Made by a program: the position numbers and the translations under genes
Notes under the pieces: generated by a model
Told to the model about the DNA's origin: nothing
Database searches by the model: none
Seen by the model: the letters and a program-made list of their open reading frames with translations, nothing else
NCBI GenBank assembly: GCA_038145705.1
Contig: JAYQQF010000009.1
Span: 68,422 to 132,421 of the forward strand
From: Alphaproteobacteria bacterium
GTDB taxonomy: Bacteria > Pseudomonadota > Alphaproteobacteria > SMXQ01
Reading direction: 5' to 3'
DNA: 64,000 bases
Shown: positions 45,866-55,013 of the stretch, one piece after another
Layout: each line of letters begins with the position of its first letter
Position numbering within the stretch: the stretch's first letter is position 1

Positions 45866-47029
45866 ATGAAAATCTCTCTCTCTCGCATCAAGGGGTTGAT
45901 CAATCACATCCGCAAGGATGGCATCGCCTGGTCGATCCGCAACAGCCTCGTTGTCAGTGGGCTTCGGCGGCATAAACCCAGGAAATCCCCTACGCCGGTG
46001 GGCGGGCAGTTAACAGGTGAGGATACACTATATGCGTTCTATGACATGAGTGTAGACCCCGCCACTTATGACGTCGCCTGGTTCTGCGTCTGCGCTGAAA
46101 TGGCCAGGCGCGAACGCGGTTTGGCGAATCTGGAAATTGTTATCGTTCCCGGGCCGCTCGAGGGATTGCGGGAGGAATCCACCGATTATGATTCATCCGT
46201 GGACCTTCGGGCCCGACATTGGCGGGTGAACAATCTCGTCATTCCGTGCATTTGCCTTTTGCGTCCCCAAGCGGCGCTCCGGATCCTGCGGCGGATTTCG
46301 GATCTCGAGTACGAAGACATCGATCCGAAGAACATATTCCCCCTTGGTTACAACCCGTATTTCTTCCCCGCGCCGATCACGCACGAGGATTTCGCGGCAT
46401 TGAACAAGAAGCTTTGCGAAACCGGGCTGGAGGATTTTTTTTCGGTAGGGCGCATAGGGCGACGCTATGTGGATCAATGGCGTGCATCGGCGCGAGCGGC
46501 GAAAAGGTTGGTTGTCATCACCTTGCGCTACTACAGCTACCATACCGAACGAAACAGTAATCTCGAAGCATGGCTCGAATTCGCAAGGAGTCTCGATAAG
46601 GACTTGTATACGGTTGTTTTCATCCCGGACACGGAGACGGCATTTTCGGAGGCGATGCTCGCAATCGAGAGAGAGTTCATCTTGTTGCGCGAGGCATCGT
46701 TCCTGCTTCACTTGAGGCTCGCGTTTTACGAGGCTGCGTACGTCAACATGGCAGCTCTCACCGGCCCGACGGCGTTATTCACGCTGAATAAGTCATCTCG
46801 TTATATTCTCTTGAAAATGATCGTACCGTCGGCTCCTCTTAATACAGATGCCGCAATGCGAAACCTAGGGTATACGCCCGGTACGGCGCCATCTTATGCA
46901 TCTGAACTACAAAGGTGGGTGTGGGAAACCGACGATGTCGAAGTCATAAAGCGCGAGTTTGTCAAGTTTCAGGCCCTCGCTGAAAAGCAGGGAGTTCCGG
47001 ATGCTCCGCCGGTCGATATCCTCGATTAG
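45866..47029 (+). CDS. hypothetical protein (387 aa, no recognisable family)
   Basis: A long ORF in lower-GC DNA with coding-like periodicity. No motif was recognised. Confidence 0.45.
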   Translation: MKISLSRIKGLINHIRKDGIAWSIRNSLVVSGLRRHKPRKSPTPVGGQLTGEDTLYAFYDMSVDPATYDVAWFCVCAEMARRERGLANLEIVIVPGPLEGLREESTDYDSSVDLRARHWRVNNLVIPCICLLRPQAALRILRRISDLEYEDIDPKNIFPLGYNPYFFPAPITHEDFAALNKKLCETGLEDFFSVGRIGRRYVDQWRASARAAKRLVVITLRYYSYHTERNSNLEAWLEFARSLDKDLYTVVFIPDTETAFSEAMLAIEREFILLREASFLLHLRLAFYEAAYVNMAALTGPTALFTLNKSSRYILLKMIVPSAPLNTDAAMRNLGYTPGTAPSYASELQRWVWETDDVEVIKREFVKFQALAEKQGVPDAPPVDILD

Positions 47030-47082
47030 TCCGGCTACTGCGATGGCTGGTTTGCCGCCTCTGTATGGCGGAATTTTTGCGC

Positions 47083-48501
47083 ATGGGCGAACGAGCGCGC
47101 CGGAAACCCTATTTACCGTTCCATGTCCAATGGCAGGAAAAGCCAGTTTTGTCGTTACCCAATAGGTTAAGCGCGCTTTGGCTGACGCTTCGTTCGAAGG
47201 TCACCAACAACGGCACGTATTTCAATGGCATCCTAGCCGCTTACGTTTCCCAAGCGTTGCAGATGGTCGCGCAAATCATTCTCATCCCGCTTTATGTAAA
47301 TCATCTTGGCGAACAATACTTCGGTGTTCTGATGATCGTCATGACGACGATGGCCGCGACGAACATCATCGCCACATGGTCTATCGGCGGCATCACCCGG
47401 CGCTTTGGTGATTGTTTCAGCCGTGACGATATTGCAGCGCTTCGTGTGCGCTATGCGGCCGCGAAGTACGTTTTTCTGGGTTTCGGCGGGTCGATGATAC
47501 TCATCGAGACCCTCATCGGCCTGGCGATCTGCGGCTACGTTTATTCCAAGCCTGGCGCACATGTTGACTATGACGTCGTGCTGACCATCATTTTTGCAGC
47601 CGTTAATGTGTTCCTGACTGTCGACAACATGGTCGAGGTGGCGGCACTCACGGCAAAGAATCGCTTGTCTGCCGCATACGCCCTGCAAATCGAGAGCCTT
47701 ATTGTTTTTTTCTTTTGCGTCGTCATGTGGTTCGAATTGGGGGGCGGTCTGGCCGGTGTGTTCCCTTCCATGATTGCCGGTGCGATTTGTTCGCGAATTA
47801 CGGTTTGGTTCTATTGGCGCCGCCAGGGCTTGCAACTGCGATGGAGGTGCCTACGCGATGAGGTTCGCGTCGAGGCGGCACAGCTCTTCGATACGTTGAA
47901 GCGTGGGTATCCAATGTATAGTCTGATTTTCGCCGGTCTTCAGATGGATACGGTTGTGCTCGGGATTCTCGGCAACCCGGTGGTTGTCGGAAAATATGTG
48001 CTCATCTGGAAAATCGCCGAGGTCGGCATTTTTCTTATTTGGCGCTTTTCGGAGAATCTGCAGCCGGAAATTTTTCGAGCTTTCGATACAGGAGATCGAG
48101 AGCGGGTGATTCGAATTTATCGCCTTGGGATCAGGTCAATAGCGGCGATATCGGCTCTGGCCGCGATCGTTTATGCGTTGTTCGGAAATTGGCTGGTAAG
48201 AATTTGGATCGGGAGCGGAGCGGTGCCGGAGGATTGGCTCGCTTATGCGCTTGCCGGGGCGGCGATATTCTGGTTGGGAACGGCGCGGCTATCTCAAATT
48301 GTTGCATTCTCGAGTTCCAATCTCAAGGGACTGATACGGGTATCCGCTGTCGAATTGGTCGCTCGTCTTGCGATTTTCGCGGTCTTGGCGCCTTTCGTCG
48401 GATACCTAGCTCCGTTGATAGCGATCAATGCCGTTCACGCTCTCGGCTGCGCCTATGCCTACGTCAAGATTGCCAGGGCGGGTGTCGCGGGTCGCCGATG
48501 A
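47083..48501 (+). CDS. MOP-superfamily polysaccharide flippase (Wzx-like)
   Basis: About 12 TM helices and an N-terminal Polysacc_synt-like pattern (LRSKVTNNG...YVSQALQ...PLYVNHLGEQYFGV). The start is uncertain: ATG at 47083, or TTG at 47149. Confidence 0.6.
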   Translation: MGERARRKPYLPFHVQWQEKPVLSLPNRLSALWLTLRSKVTNNGTYFNGILAAYVSQALQMVAQIILIPLYVNHLGEQYFGVLMIVMTTMAATNIIATWSIGGITRRFGDCFSRDDIAALRVRYAAAKYVFLGFGGSMILIETLIGLAICGYVYSKPGAHVDYDVVLTIIFAAVNVFLTVDNMVEVAALTAKNRLSAAYALQIESLIVFFFCVVMWFELGGGLAGVFPSMIAGAICSRITVWFYWRRQGLQLRWRCLRDEVRVEAAQLFDTLKRGYPMYSLIFAGLQMDTVVLGILGNPVVVGKYVLIWKIAEVGIFLIWRFSENLQPEIFRAFDTGDRERVIRIYRLGIRSIAAISALAAIVYALFGNWLVRIWIGSGAVPEDWLAYALAGAAIFWLGTARLSQIVAFSSSNLKGLIRVSAVELVARLAIFAVLAPFVGYLAPLIAINAVHALGCAYAYVKIARAGVAGRR

Positions 48502-48550
48502 TTCATTTGCCCCGAATTAACGATTTTTCTCGCAGGCCGAGTGCCGATGA

Positions 48551-50437
48551 ATGATTAAGCACTTCCGGATCTTTTTGGCTTATTTCGGGCTCGGCTATGG
48601 CCGAGCCATGATCCTGATCGTTTTGGGCAGCGTTGTCGTTGCTATCTTTGAAGCGATGGGGGTTCTGCTCATATTTCCTTTGATGGCTCTTGTCGTGAAT
48701 CCCGCAGAGGCAATCAGCAGTGGCATGATCGGGCGCCTCTATGATTTTGTCGGAAGTCCGCCCATCAAGGTTTTTACTGCTTTATTCAGTGTAATCGTCG
48801 GGGCCGTTTATCTTGGGAGAGCACTGTTCCAGATCGGCTTCACGCGTTGGCAATACCGCCTTATCGCGCGGTGGAAAATTGCGATCTGCTATCGCTTCTT
48901 CTGCAAGTTTCTTGATGCCGATTACGGCTACCACGTACAGAGAAATTCAACGCGGATCATATCGCTGATTACTACTACCGTAGAGTTGGTGTTGAACAAC
49001 TTTATGTATCACATCATTTCCTTGACGGCCCAAATCATCACTGCAACGCTTTTGTGCCTATCGATGATTATTTTCCACCCTCTCGTCACTGTCGTGGTGG
49101 GTATTTTCTTTTTCGTTTTGTTTCAGTTTCAGAATACGTACATCAAGAAACGCATCCGCGATGTCGGTGGTCATGTTGCCCAGTTCAAGGCGGAAAACGC
49201 ATTCGCCATTCAGCAGGCGCTCGGGGCATACAAGGAGACGAAGGTCAATCTCAAGGAAAAGTACTTCCGGACCATGTTCATGAGTGCAAACAAGAGGCTC
49301 ATGGATGCGGAAGGCAGGCTTCTATTTTTCCAGAGCATCCCAGTAACGACGACCGAAATTATTGTTTTGTCTGTCGTTATTATTGCGTTCAACATGATCA
49401 CGGTGGCAGGCGAGACCAGTCAGGCGGTCATGCAGAGCCTCGCCGTCATTGTCGTGACGATGTTCCGTCTGATTCCCACCGTCAATCGCAGTCTAACGTC
49501 GATTACATTCATCAATAGCGCCATCTATCCGCTCGATATGCTGGTCAAGGAAGCCGATGCGGTCGGTTTCCGCGCCGGTGCGACCGACGCCGTCGACGAG
49601 GCAGAACCGCCTGCGATGGTGTTAGAGCAGGCTCTCAGCCTGCGCGGCGTAGGTTATACCTATCCGGGCGCCGCACAGCCGGCCTTGCGCGACATCAACT
49701 TAACCATTCGCAGGGGCGAATTCGTCGGCATCATCGGGCCTTCCGGAGCGGGCAAGACCACTTTGATCGCTGTCTTGCTTGGGTTTCTTCGGGCTGAAAC
49801 CGGCGATTACGACGTTGACGGCAAGCGGATCGACGATCAGCGTATCAGGTCCCTGCGCCACAGCATCGGTTACGTCGATCAACAGCCGTTTATCTTCGAT
49901 GCGACCGTGATGGAAAACGTCGCCTTCGGTGTCGAGAAGGCGGATATCGACCGCAATCGGGTCGAGCAAGCACTCCATCAGGCCCAATTGTGGGATGTGG
50001 TCAGCGGCCTTGAGAGCGGCATCGATAGCTTTGTCGGTGAAAACGGCAAGTGCTTTTCCGGCGGCCAGAGGCAGCGCTTGGCGATCGCGCGCGCCCTTTA
50101 TAAACAGCCGTCATTGCTCATTCTGGACGAAGCGACGTCGGCGTTGGACGTGGATACCGAACAGCGATTGTCCGAAACGATCCGTCACCTCAAGGGCTCC
50201 CTGACCATCATCGTTATCGCTCACCGGCTTTCGACGCTGCAGGCCTGCGACCGCCTTATCATGATGAAGGACGCACGTATTGTTGACGACGGCGCTTATG
50301 AAGAACTGCTGCAGCGCAACGAGACTTTCCGTCACTTGGTATATGCGTCGCAGGTGCGGGGTACAGACGACAGGGACCGCCGCGAGACGCCGATCGATGC
50401 CGTGTTGGGCTGTGACGACAGCCCGGAGGGGCAATAG
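48551..50437 (+). CDS. ABC transporter, fused permease/ATP-binding protein (type I exporter, MsbA-like)
   Basis: A 6-TM domain followed by an NBD with Walker A (GPSGAGKTT), the ABC signature (LSGGQRQRLAIARAL) and Walker B (ILDEATSALD). Confidence 0.85.
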   Translation: MIKHFRIFLAYFGLGYGRAMILIVLGSVVVAIFEAMGVLLIFPLMALVVNPAEAISSGMIGRLYDFVGSPPIKVFTALFSVIVGAVYLGRALFQIGFTRWQYRLIARWKIAICYRFFCKFLDADYGYHVQRNSTRIISLITTTVELVLNNFMYHIISLTAQIITATLLCLSMIIFHPLVTVVVGIFFFVLFQFQNTYIKKRIRDVGGHVAQFKAENAFAIQQALGAYKETKVNLKEKYFRTMFMSANKRLMDAEGRLLFFQSIPVTTTEIIVLSVVIIAFNMITVAGETSQAVMQSLAVIVVTMFRLIPTVNRSLTSITFINSAIYPLDMLVKEADAVGFRAGATDAVDEAEPPAMVLEQALSLRGVGYTYPGAAQPALRDINLTIRRGEFVGIIGPSGAGKTTLIAVLLGFLRAETGDYDVDGKRIDDQRIRSLRHSIGYVDQQPFIFDATVMENVAFGVEKADIDRNRVEQALHQAQLWDVVSGLESGIDSFVGENGKCFSGGQRQRLAIARALYKQPSLLILDEATSALDVDTEQRLSETIRHLKGSLTIIVIAHRLSTLQACDRLIMMKDARIVDDGAYEELLQRNETFRHLVYASQVRGTDDRDRRETPIDAVLGCDDSPEGQ

Positions 50438-51438
50438 TGGCATCGCTCAGGGGAAGCGATTCGGACGAGTTTACCATCGTCGGCGGATTTAAATCCGATG
50501 TGCCGCTACGGCTGTCAGTCGCTATCATCACCTATAACCAACGCGATCGAATTGCAGCTCTTCTCGATGATCTGGTTTCCGAACTGGGGACAATGACCGG
50601 CGTCGAGGTCATCGTCAGCGACGATGGGTCGCAAGACGGAACACAGGATCTGCTGCGGGACTATGCGGCGCGTTGGCCGCATCTAATTTGGGCGATTCTT
50701 GGCAACAGGAACGTCGGCATCTGGGCTAACGCCAACCGGGTTCGGAACGCCTCGAGGGGCGCGTATGTGGCCCCGATGGCCGGCGACGACCGCATTTTGT
50801 CAGGTAAATTCCGTCGTCAGATGGATTTTCTTGATCACCATCCGGATGTCGGAGTGTGCTACCACGATGTCGAAGTTATCTATGATCCGCCCCTGCGGCG
50901 ACCTTGGCTCTTCAGCAGCCGGCATTGCCAGCGGCGGGGAGATGCCGCGACGGTGATTCGCTATGGAGCATTCTTTCCGTGTCAGTCAGTCATGGGGCGC
51001 CGCGCTGTGTTTCAGGCGGCCGCGACGCGGCCAGAGGTCGGAATTTCCGGGGACTCGCTGTTCTATGCCGAGGCTCTGGCGAATACGGGGAGCAAAATCG
51101 ACTTTATCCCTGGGGTATACATGCAATACATCCGCCATGATTCGAACGTTACGACGATGTGGGCTTCGGAGATCGCCGAGGAAAAAAGCGCGGAACTCGG
51201 CATTTTGAGCACCCAGTTTCCGCAATACGAACGGGAACTGCGGTTGCGGCGCTCAGACCATGAATTTATCCTCGCTATTCGCAGTTTGTTTGATGGCCGG
51301 TTGTGGACGGTACTCCGCCACCTAGGCCGGAGTCTGGTATTGGGCCGCTGGACCTGGCCGGCGCTCGGCATCGCATTTGTGGAGGCACGTTTTTTTGTGA
51401 GCCATAGATTAAAGGAAATTCTGCGTGTTGCTGCTTAG
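50437..51438 (+). CDS. glycosyltransferase family 2
   Basis: SVAIITYNQ...SDDGSQDGT...GDD GT-A motifs. GTG start overlapping the upstream stop. Confidence 0.8.
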   Translation: MASLRGSDSDEFTIVGGFKSDVPLRLSVAIITYNQRDRIAALLDDLVSELGTMTGVEVIVSDDGSQDGTQDLLRDYAARWPHLIWAILGNRNVGIWANANRVRNASRGAYVAPMAGDDRILSGKFRRQMDFLDHHPDVGVCYHDVEVIYDPPLRRPWLFSSRHCQRRGDAATVIRYGAFFPCQSVMGRRAVFQAAATRPEVGISGDSLFYAEALANTGSKIDFIPGVYMQYIRHDSNVTTMWASEIAEEKSAELGILSTQFPQYERELRLRRSDHEFILAIRSLFDGRLWTVLRHLGRSLVLGRWTWPALGIAFVEARFFVSHRLKEILRVAA

Positions 51439-52435
51439 CGGTGCGGCTGGCTTCATCGGAAGCCAGATGGTGCGTACGGCAATCGGCCTGGGGCACCGTG
51501 TTGTCGGCCTGGACAAGCTGACCTATGCTGGGTCGACTGATAATGTTGCCGGTTTGCCGGGGGATCGTTTTGAACTGGTGGTGGGCGACATATGTGACGC
51601 GGACTTGGTGCGGGACCTGTTGCACAGGTGTCGGCCGACGGCGGTACTGAATTTTGCGGCGGAAACCCATGTCGACAGGTCCATCGTCTCTTCCGATGCG
51701 TTCGTCCAGACAAATATCATCGGAACCTTGACGCTGCTGAAAAGCTGTCTCTCCTACTACGAAACTTTGTCCGGTCAGACGCGGGCGGATTTCCGCTACG
51801 TGCAGATTTCTACAGATGAGGTTTACGGCTCTCTGGGCGACGAGGGTGTCTTCGATGAAGGAAGTCACTATCGACCGCGTTCTCCCTATGCGGCATCCAA
51901 GGCCGCCGCCGATCATCTGGTCGATTCGTGGCACCACACATACGGCCTGCCGACGATCGTGACGCATTGCTCGAACAATTATGGCCCCCGGCAATTTGCG
52001 GAGAAGCTGATTCCGCATATGATCACCCAAGCGTTGTCAGGCGCCCAGTTGCCGGTTTACGGCAATGGTCGGAACGTCCGCGACTGGATTCATGTCAATG
52101 ATCATTGCGCCGGCGTCATCGCGGCCCTCAGCCGCGGCATACCGGGACAACACTATTGTTTCGGCGGAAATTGCGAATGGCGCAATATCGATCTGGTTAA
52201 CCGTGTTTGCGACATACTCGACGAGATCTGCCCGCGGGGCGACGGGGCATCCTATCGGTCGCAAATCACCTTCGTGACGGATCGCCTTGGGCACGATTTC
52301 CGCTACGCGATCGATTTCGCGCGTGCCCGTGACGAACTGGGATTTTCACCGAGTGTTGATTTCGCGGCCGGGTTGAGGAATACCGTGTCCTGGTACAGCG
52401 AACGCTACAAGAAAGCCGGGAGCGGGACATCATGA
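51425..52435 (+). CDS. rfbB: dTDP-glucose 4,6-dehydratase
   Basis: Motifs GAAGFIGS, YAASKAAAD and THCSNNYGP. GTG start. Confidence 0.9.
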   Translation: MLLLSGAAGFIGSQMVRTAIGLGHRVVGLDKLTYAGSTDNVAGLPGDRFELVVGDICDADLVRDLLHRCRPTAVLNFAAETHVDRSIVSSDAFVQTNIIGTLTLLKSCLSYYETLSGQTRADFRYVQISTDEVYGSLGDEGVFDEGSHYRPRSPYAASKAAADHLVDSWHHTYGLPTIVTHCSNNYGPRQFAEKLIPHMITQALSGAQLPVYGNGRNVRDWIHVNDHCAGVIAALSRGIPGQHYCFGGNCEWRNIDLVNRVCDILDEICPRGDGASYRSQITFVTDRLGHDFRYAIDFARARDELGFSPSVDFAAGLRNTVSWYSERYKKAGSGTS

Positions 52436-53295
52436 AGGGCATATTGCTGGCTGGCGGGAGTGGCACCCGGCTCGCGCCGCTGACATGGAGCATTTCGAAG
52501 CAGCTTCTTCCTATATACAATAAGCCTTTGATTTATTACCCGCTGACGATGCTCATGTATGCGGGTGTGCGTGACATTCTCGTCATTTCGACGCCGCGCG
52601 ATACGCCTATGATCGAACAACTCATGGGCGATGGAAACCAGTTCGGATTGCAACTGAGCTACGCCGTTCAGGAGCATCCTAGGGGAATCGCCGAAGCATT
52701 TTTGATCGCTGAGGAAAGATGCGGCGGTGAACCCGTCTGTCTGGTGCTAGGCGACAATATTTTCCACGGCCATGAATTGCCCGCACTTCTGGATCGGGCC
52801 GCGCGAAATAATGATGGGGCGACTGTTTTCGCCTGCCATGTCTCCAATCCCACGGCCTATGGCGTGGTGACGCTGGATCATGCGGGGCGACCGATCGAAA
52901 TCGAAGAAAAACCCGTTCATCCAAAGTCCGATTTGGCAGTCGCCGGATTGTATTTCTACGATTCTTCGATCTACGATGTAGCCAGAGGATTGCGCCCCTC
53001 GGCGCGCGGAGAACTGGAGATAACAGACGTCAACCGTCATTATCTTACCGAGGGTCGTTTGAGCGTCCAGAAGATGGGCCGTGGCACTGCGTGGTTTGAT
53101 GCGGGTACGTTCGATAGCATGCTGTCGGCCAGTCAATTCGTGCAAATGCTTGAAGCAAAACAGGGCTTGATGATCGGCCTGCCCGAGGAAGTCGCATTCC
53201 GAAAAGGTTTTATTTCCGTTGAAGAGATCACCGAACAGGCCGAGCTGATGAAGAACAGTCCGCTCGGTGATTACTTGAGGAGGTTGCTGGCATAA
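52432..53295 (+). CDS. rfbA: glucose-1-phosphate thymidylyltransferase
   Basis: GGSGTRLAPLT...YDKPMIYYP-like N-terminus. 287 aa. Confidence 0.9.
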   Translation: MKGILLAGGSGTRLAPLTWSISKQLLPIYNKPLIYYPLTMLMYAGVRDILVISTPRDTPMIEQLMGDGNQFGLQLSYAVQEHPRGIAEAFLIAEERCGGEPVCLVLGDNIFHGHELPALLDRAARNNDGATVFACHVSNPTAYGVVTLDHAGRPIEIEEKPVHPKSDLAVAGLYFYDSSIYDVARGLRPSARGELEITDVNRHYLTEGRLSVQKMGRGTAWFDAGTFDSMLSASQFVQMLEAKQGLMIGLPEEVAFRKGFISVEEITEQAELMKNSPLGDYLRRLLA

Positions 53296-53744
53296 TGGCC
53301 TCTCCTGGTTTGGCTCGGCGCGCGTATTTGGTGCCGGTGACGACGATTCAGGACGCAACCGGTACCATCGGCGTCGCGGAAATCGCCGACTTGGCCGGAT
53401 TCGCCGCCAAACGTTTCTATTTTCTCTACGGTGTTAAAGGGCGACGGGGCGGCCACGCGCATAAGCAGTTGCACCAACTGCTGATTGCCCTGACCGGAAC
53501 TGTCGAAATCAAGGTCGAAGCCGGGCCGGAATCGGCGACATTTGTACTGTCCTCGCCGCGTGAAGCCCTGGTCATAAAGCCGATGGTCTGGCGGGATATC
53601 ACGATGAGCCAAGGCGCGGTGTTAGGGGTGCTGGCATCCGAATCTTTCGATGAAGAGGATTACATCCGTGACCACGCTGCCTTTCGCGCCTTGTCGGCGC
53701 CCTCGGAGACCGGCGGCAAAGTACCGTGGACCACGGAACGTTGA
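53295..53744 (+). CDS. dTDP-4-dehydro-6-deoxyglucose 3,4-ketoisomerase (FdtA/QdtA/WxcM cupin family)
   Basis: Cupin core with RGGHAHK..HQ and VWRD, about 149 aa. It sits between rmlA and a DegT-type aminotransferase. Confidence 0.7.
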   Translation: MASPGLARRAYLVPVTTIQDATGTIGVAEIADLAGFAAKRFYFLYGVKGRRGGHAHKQLHQLLIALTGTVEIKVEAGPESATFVLSSPREALVIKPMVWRDITMSQGAVLGVLASESFDEEDYIRDHAAFRALSAPSETGGKVPWTTER

Positions 53745-53745
53745 A

Positions 53746-54846
53746 ATGACCAACACGCCCATCCCCTTCGTCGATCTTCGGGCCCAGTATGCGGCGATCG
53801 GGAGTGAAATTCAGCAAGCGATTTCCGCCGTTCTTGAAGGCTGTGACTATATCCTCGGGCCTGAAGTGGAGCGTTTCGAGCGCGAATTTGCCGATTATTG
53901 TGGCGTGCCGTATGCCGTTGGCGTCGGCAATGGCGTCGATGCCTTGACTTTGTCGGCCCGTGCTTTGGGAATCGGTCCGGGTGACGAAGTGATCGTGCCG
54001 GCGATGACTTTTGTTGCTACGGCGCTGGCGTTCAGCCTGGTGGGTGCAAAACCGGTCCTGGTGGATGTTGAGGCCGATACGGCGCTGATCGATCCGGCCC
54101 GGATAGAGGGCGCGATCACTAGCCGCACAAAGGCGATCTGTCCCGTGCACCTGTTCGGTCAATGTGCCGACATGGACGCGGTCAAAGCCGTTGCCGCGCG
54201 CCACGGCCTATCAGTAATTGAAGACGCGGCGCAGGCCCACGGCGCCACATTCAACGGTGTCAGGGCCGGCGCCCTGGGGCACACCGGGTGTTTCAGTTTC
54301 TATCCGGCAAAGAACCTCGGGGCCTATGGCGACGGTGGACTGGTTTCGGTAGCTGATCCAGCGGCTTATGAGCGCCTGTTGGCGCTGCGAAATTACGGCT
54401 CCAAGGTGAAGTATCATCACGATATCCAGGGTACCAACAGCCGCCTTGATGTCATCCAGGCAGCCGCCCTGCGCGTCAAGTTGCGCCATCTTGAAGGCTG
54501 GAATGCGGCCCGCCGAGGCCATGCCCGGCGTTATGATGACGTTCTGGCTGATGTCCCGAATGTCCGCCGCACCCGTTATAGAGACGGCAGCGTTTATCAT
54601 CTCTACGTGGTCAGGGTGCCCGATCGCGATGCCGTTCTGGCGCGACTGCATACGGCTGGAATCGGTGCCGCCATCCATTATCCCTTCGCTGTTCATCAGT
54701 CCGCCTGCTACGCCGATCTGGAATATGGCGAAGGTTCGTTCCCTATGGCCGAAAACTGGGCGGCGAATTGTTTGTCGTTGCCGCTCTACCCGGAATTGCC
54801 GTCGGACGCACCGGAACGGGTCGCAGAGGTTCTCAGGCGCGCATGA
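53746..54846 (+). CDS. dTDP-3-keto-6-deoxyhexose 3-aminotransferase (DegT/DnrJ/EryC1/StrS family, FdtB/QdtB-like)
   Basis: PLP-dependent sugar aminotransferase pattern (DALTLS...IVPAMTF...PVHLFGQ...FSFYPAKNLGAYGDGG). ATG at 53746. Confidence 0.8.
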   Translation: MTNTPIPFVDLRAQYAAIGSEIQQAISAVLEGCDYILGPEVERFEREFADYCGVPYAVGVGNGVDALTLSARALGIGPGDEVIVPAMTFVATALAFSLVGAKPVLVDVEADTALIDPARIEGAITSRTKAICPVHLFGQCADMDAVKAVAARHGLSVIEDAAQAHGATFNGVRAGALGHTGCFSFYPAKNLGAYGDGGLVSVADPAAYERLLALRNYGSKVKYHHDIQGTNSRLDVIQAAALRVKLRHLEGWNAARRGHARRYDDVLADVPNVRRTRYRDGSVYHLYVVRVPDRDAVLARLHTAGIGAAIHYPFAVHQSACYADLEYGEGSFPMAENWAANCLSLPLYPELPSDAPERVAEVLRRA

Positions 54847-55013
54847 AACAAAGCGCATCTGTTTCGTTGCGGATGTCATTGACCGCTGGCGATGTAGTTG
54901 GCAAAAGGCTATTCAATTGACTCGCAGCCTGCGACAATGCGTGCACGGAATGATCGGGGCCGTGCCGGGCCACGCGGTTACTGCCTTGGGTAACAATCCG
55001 TAAGGCACTATTC

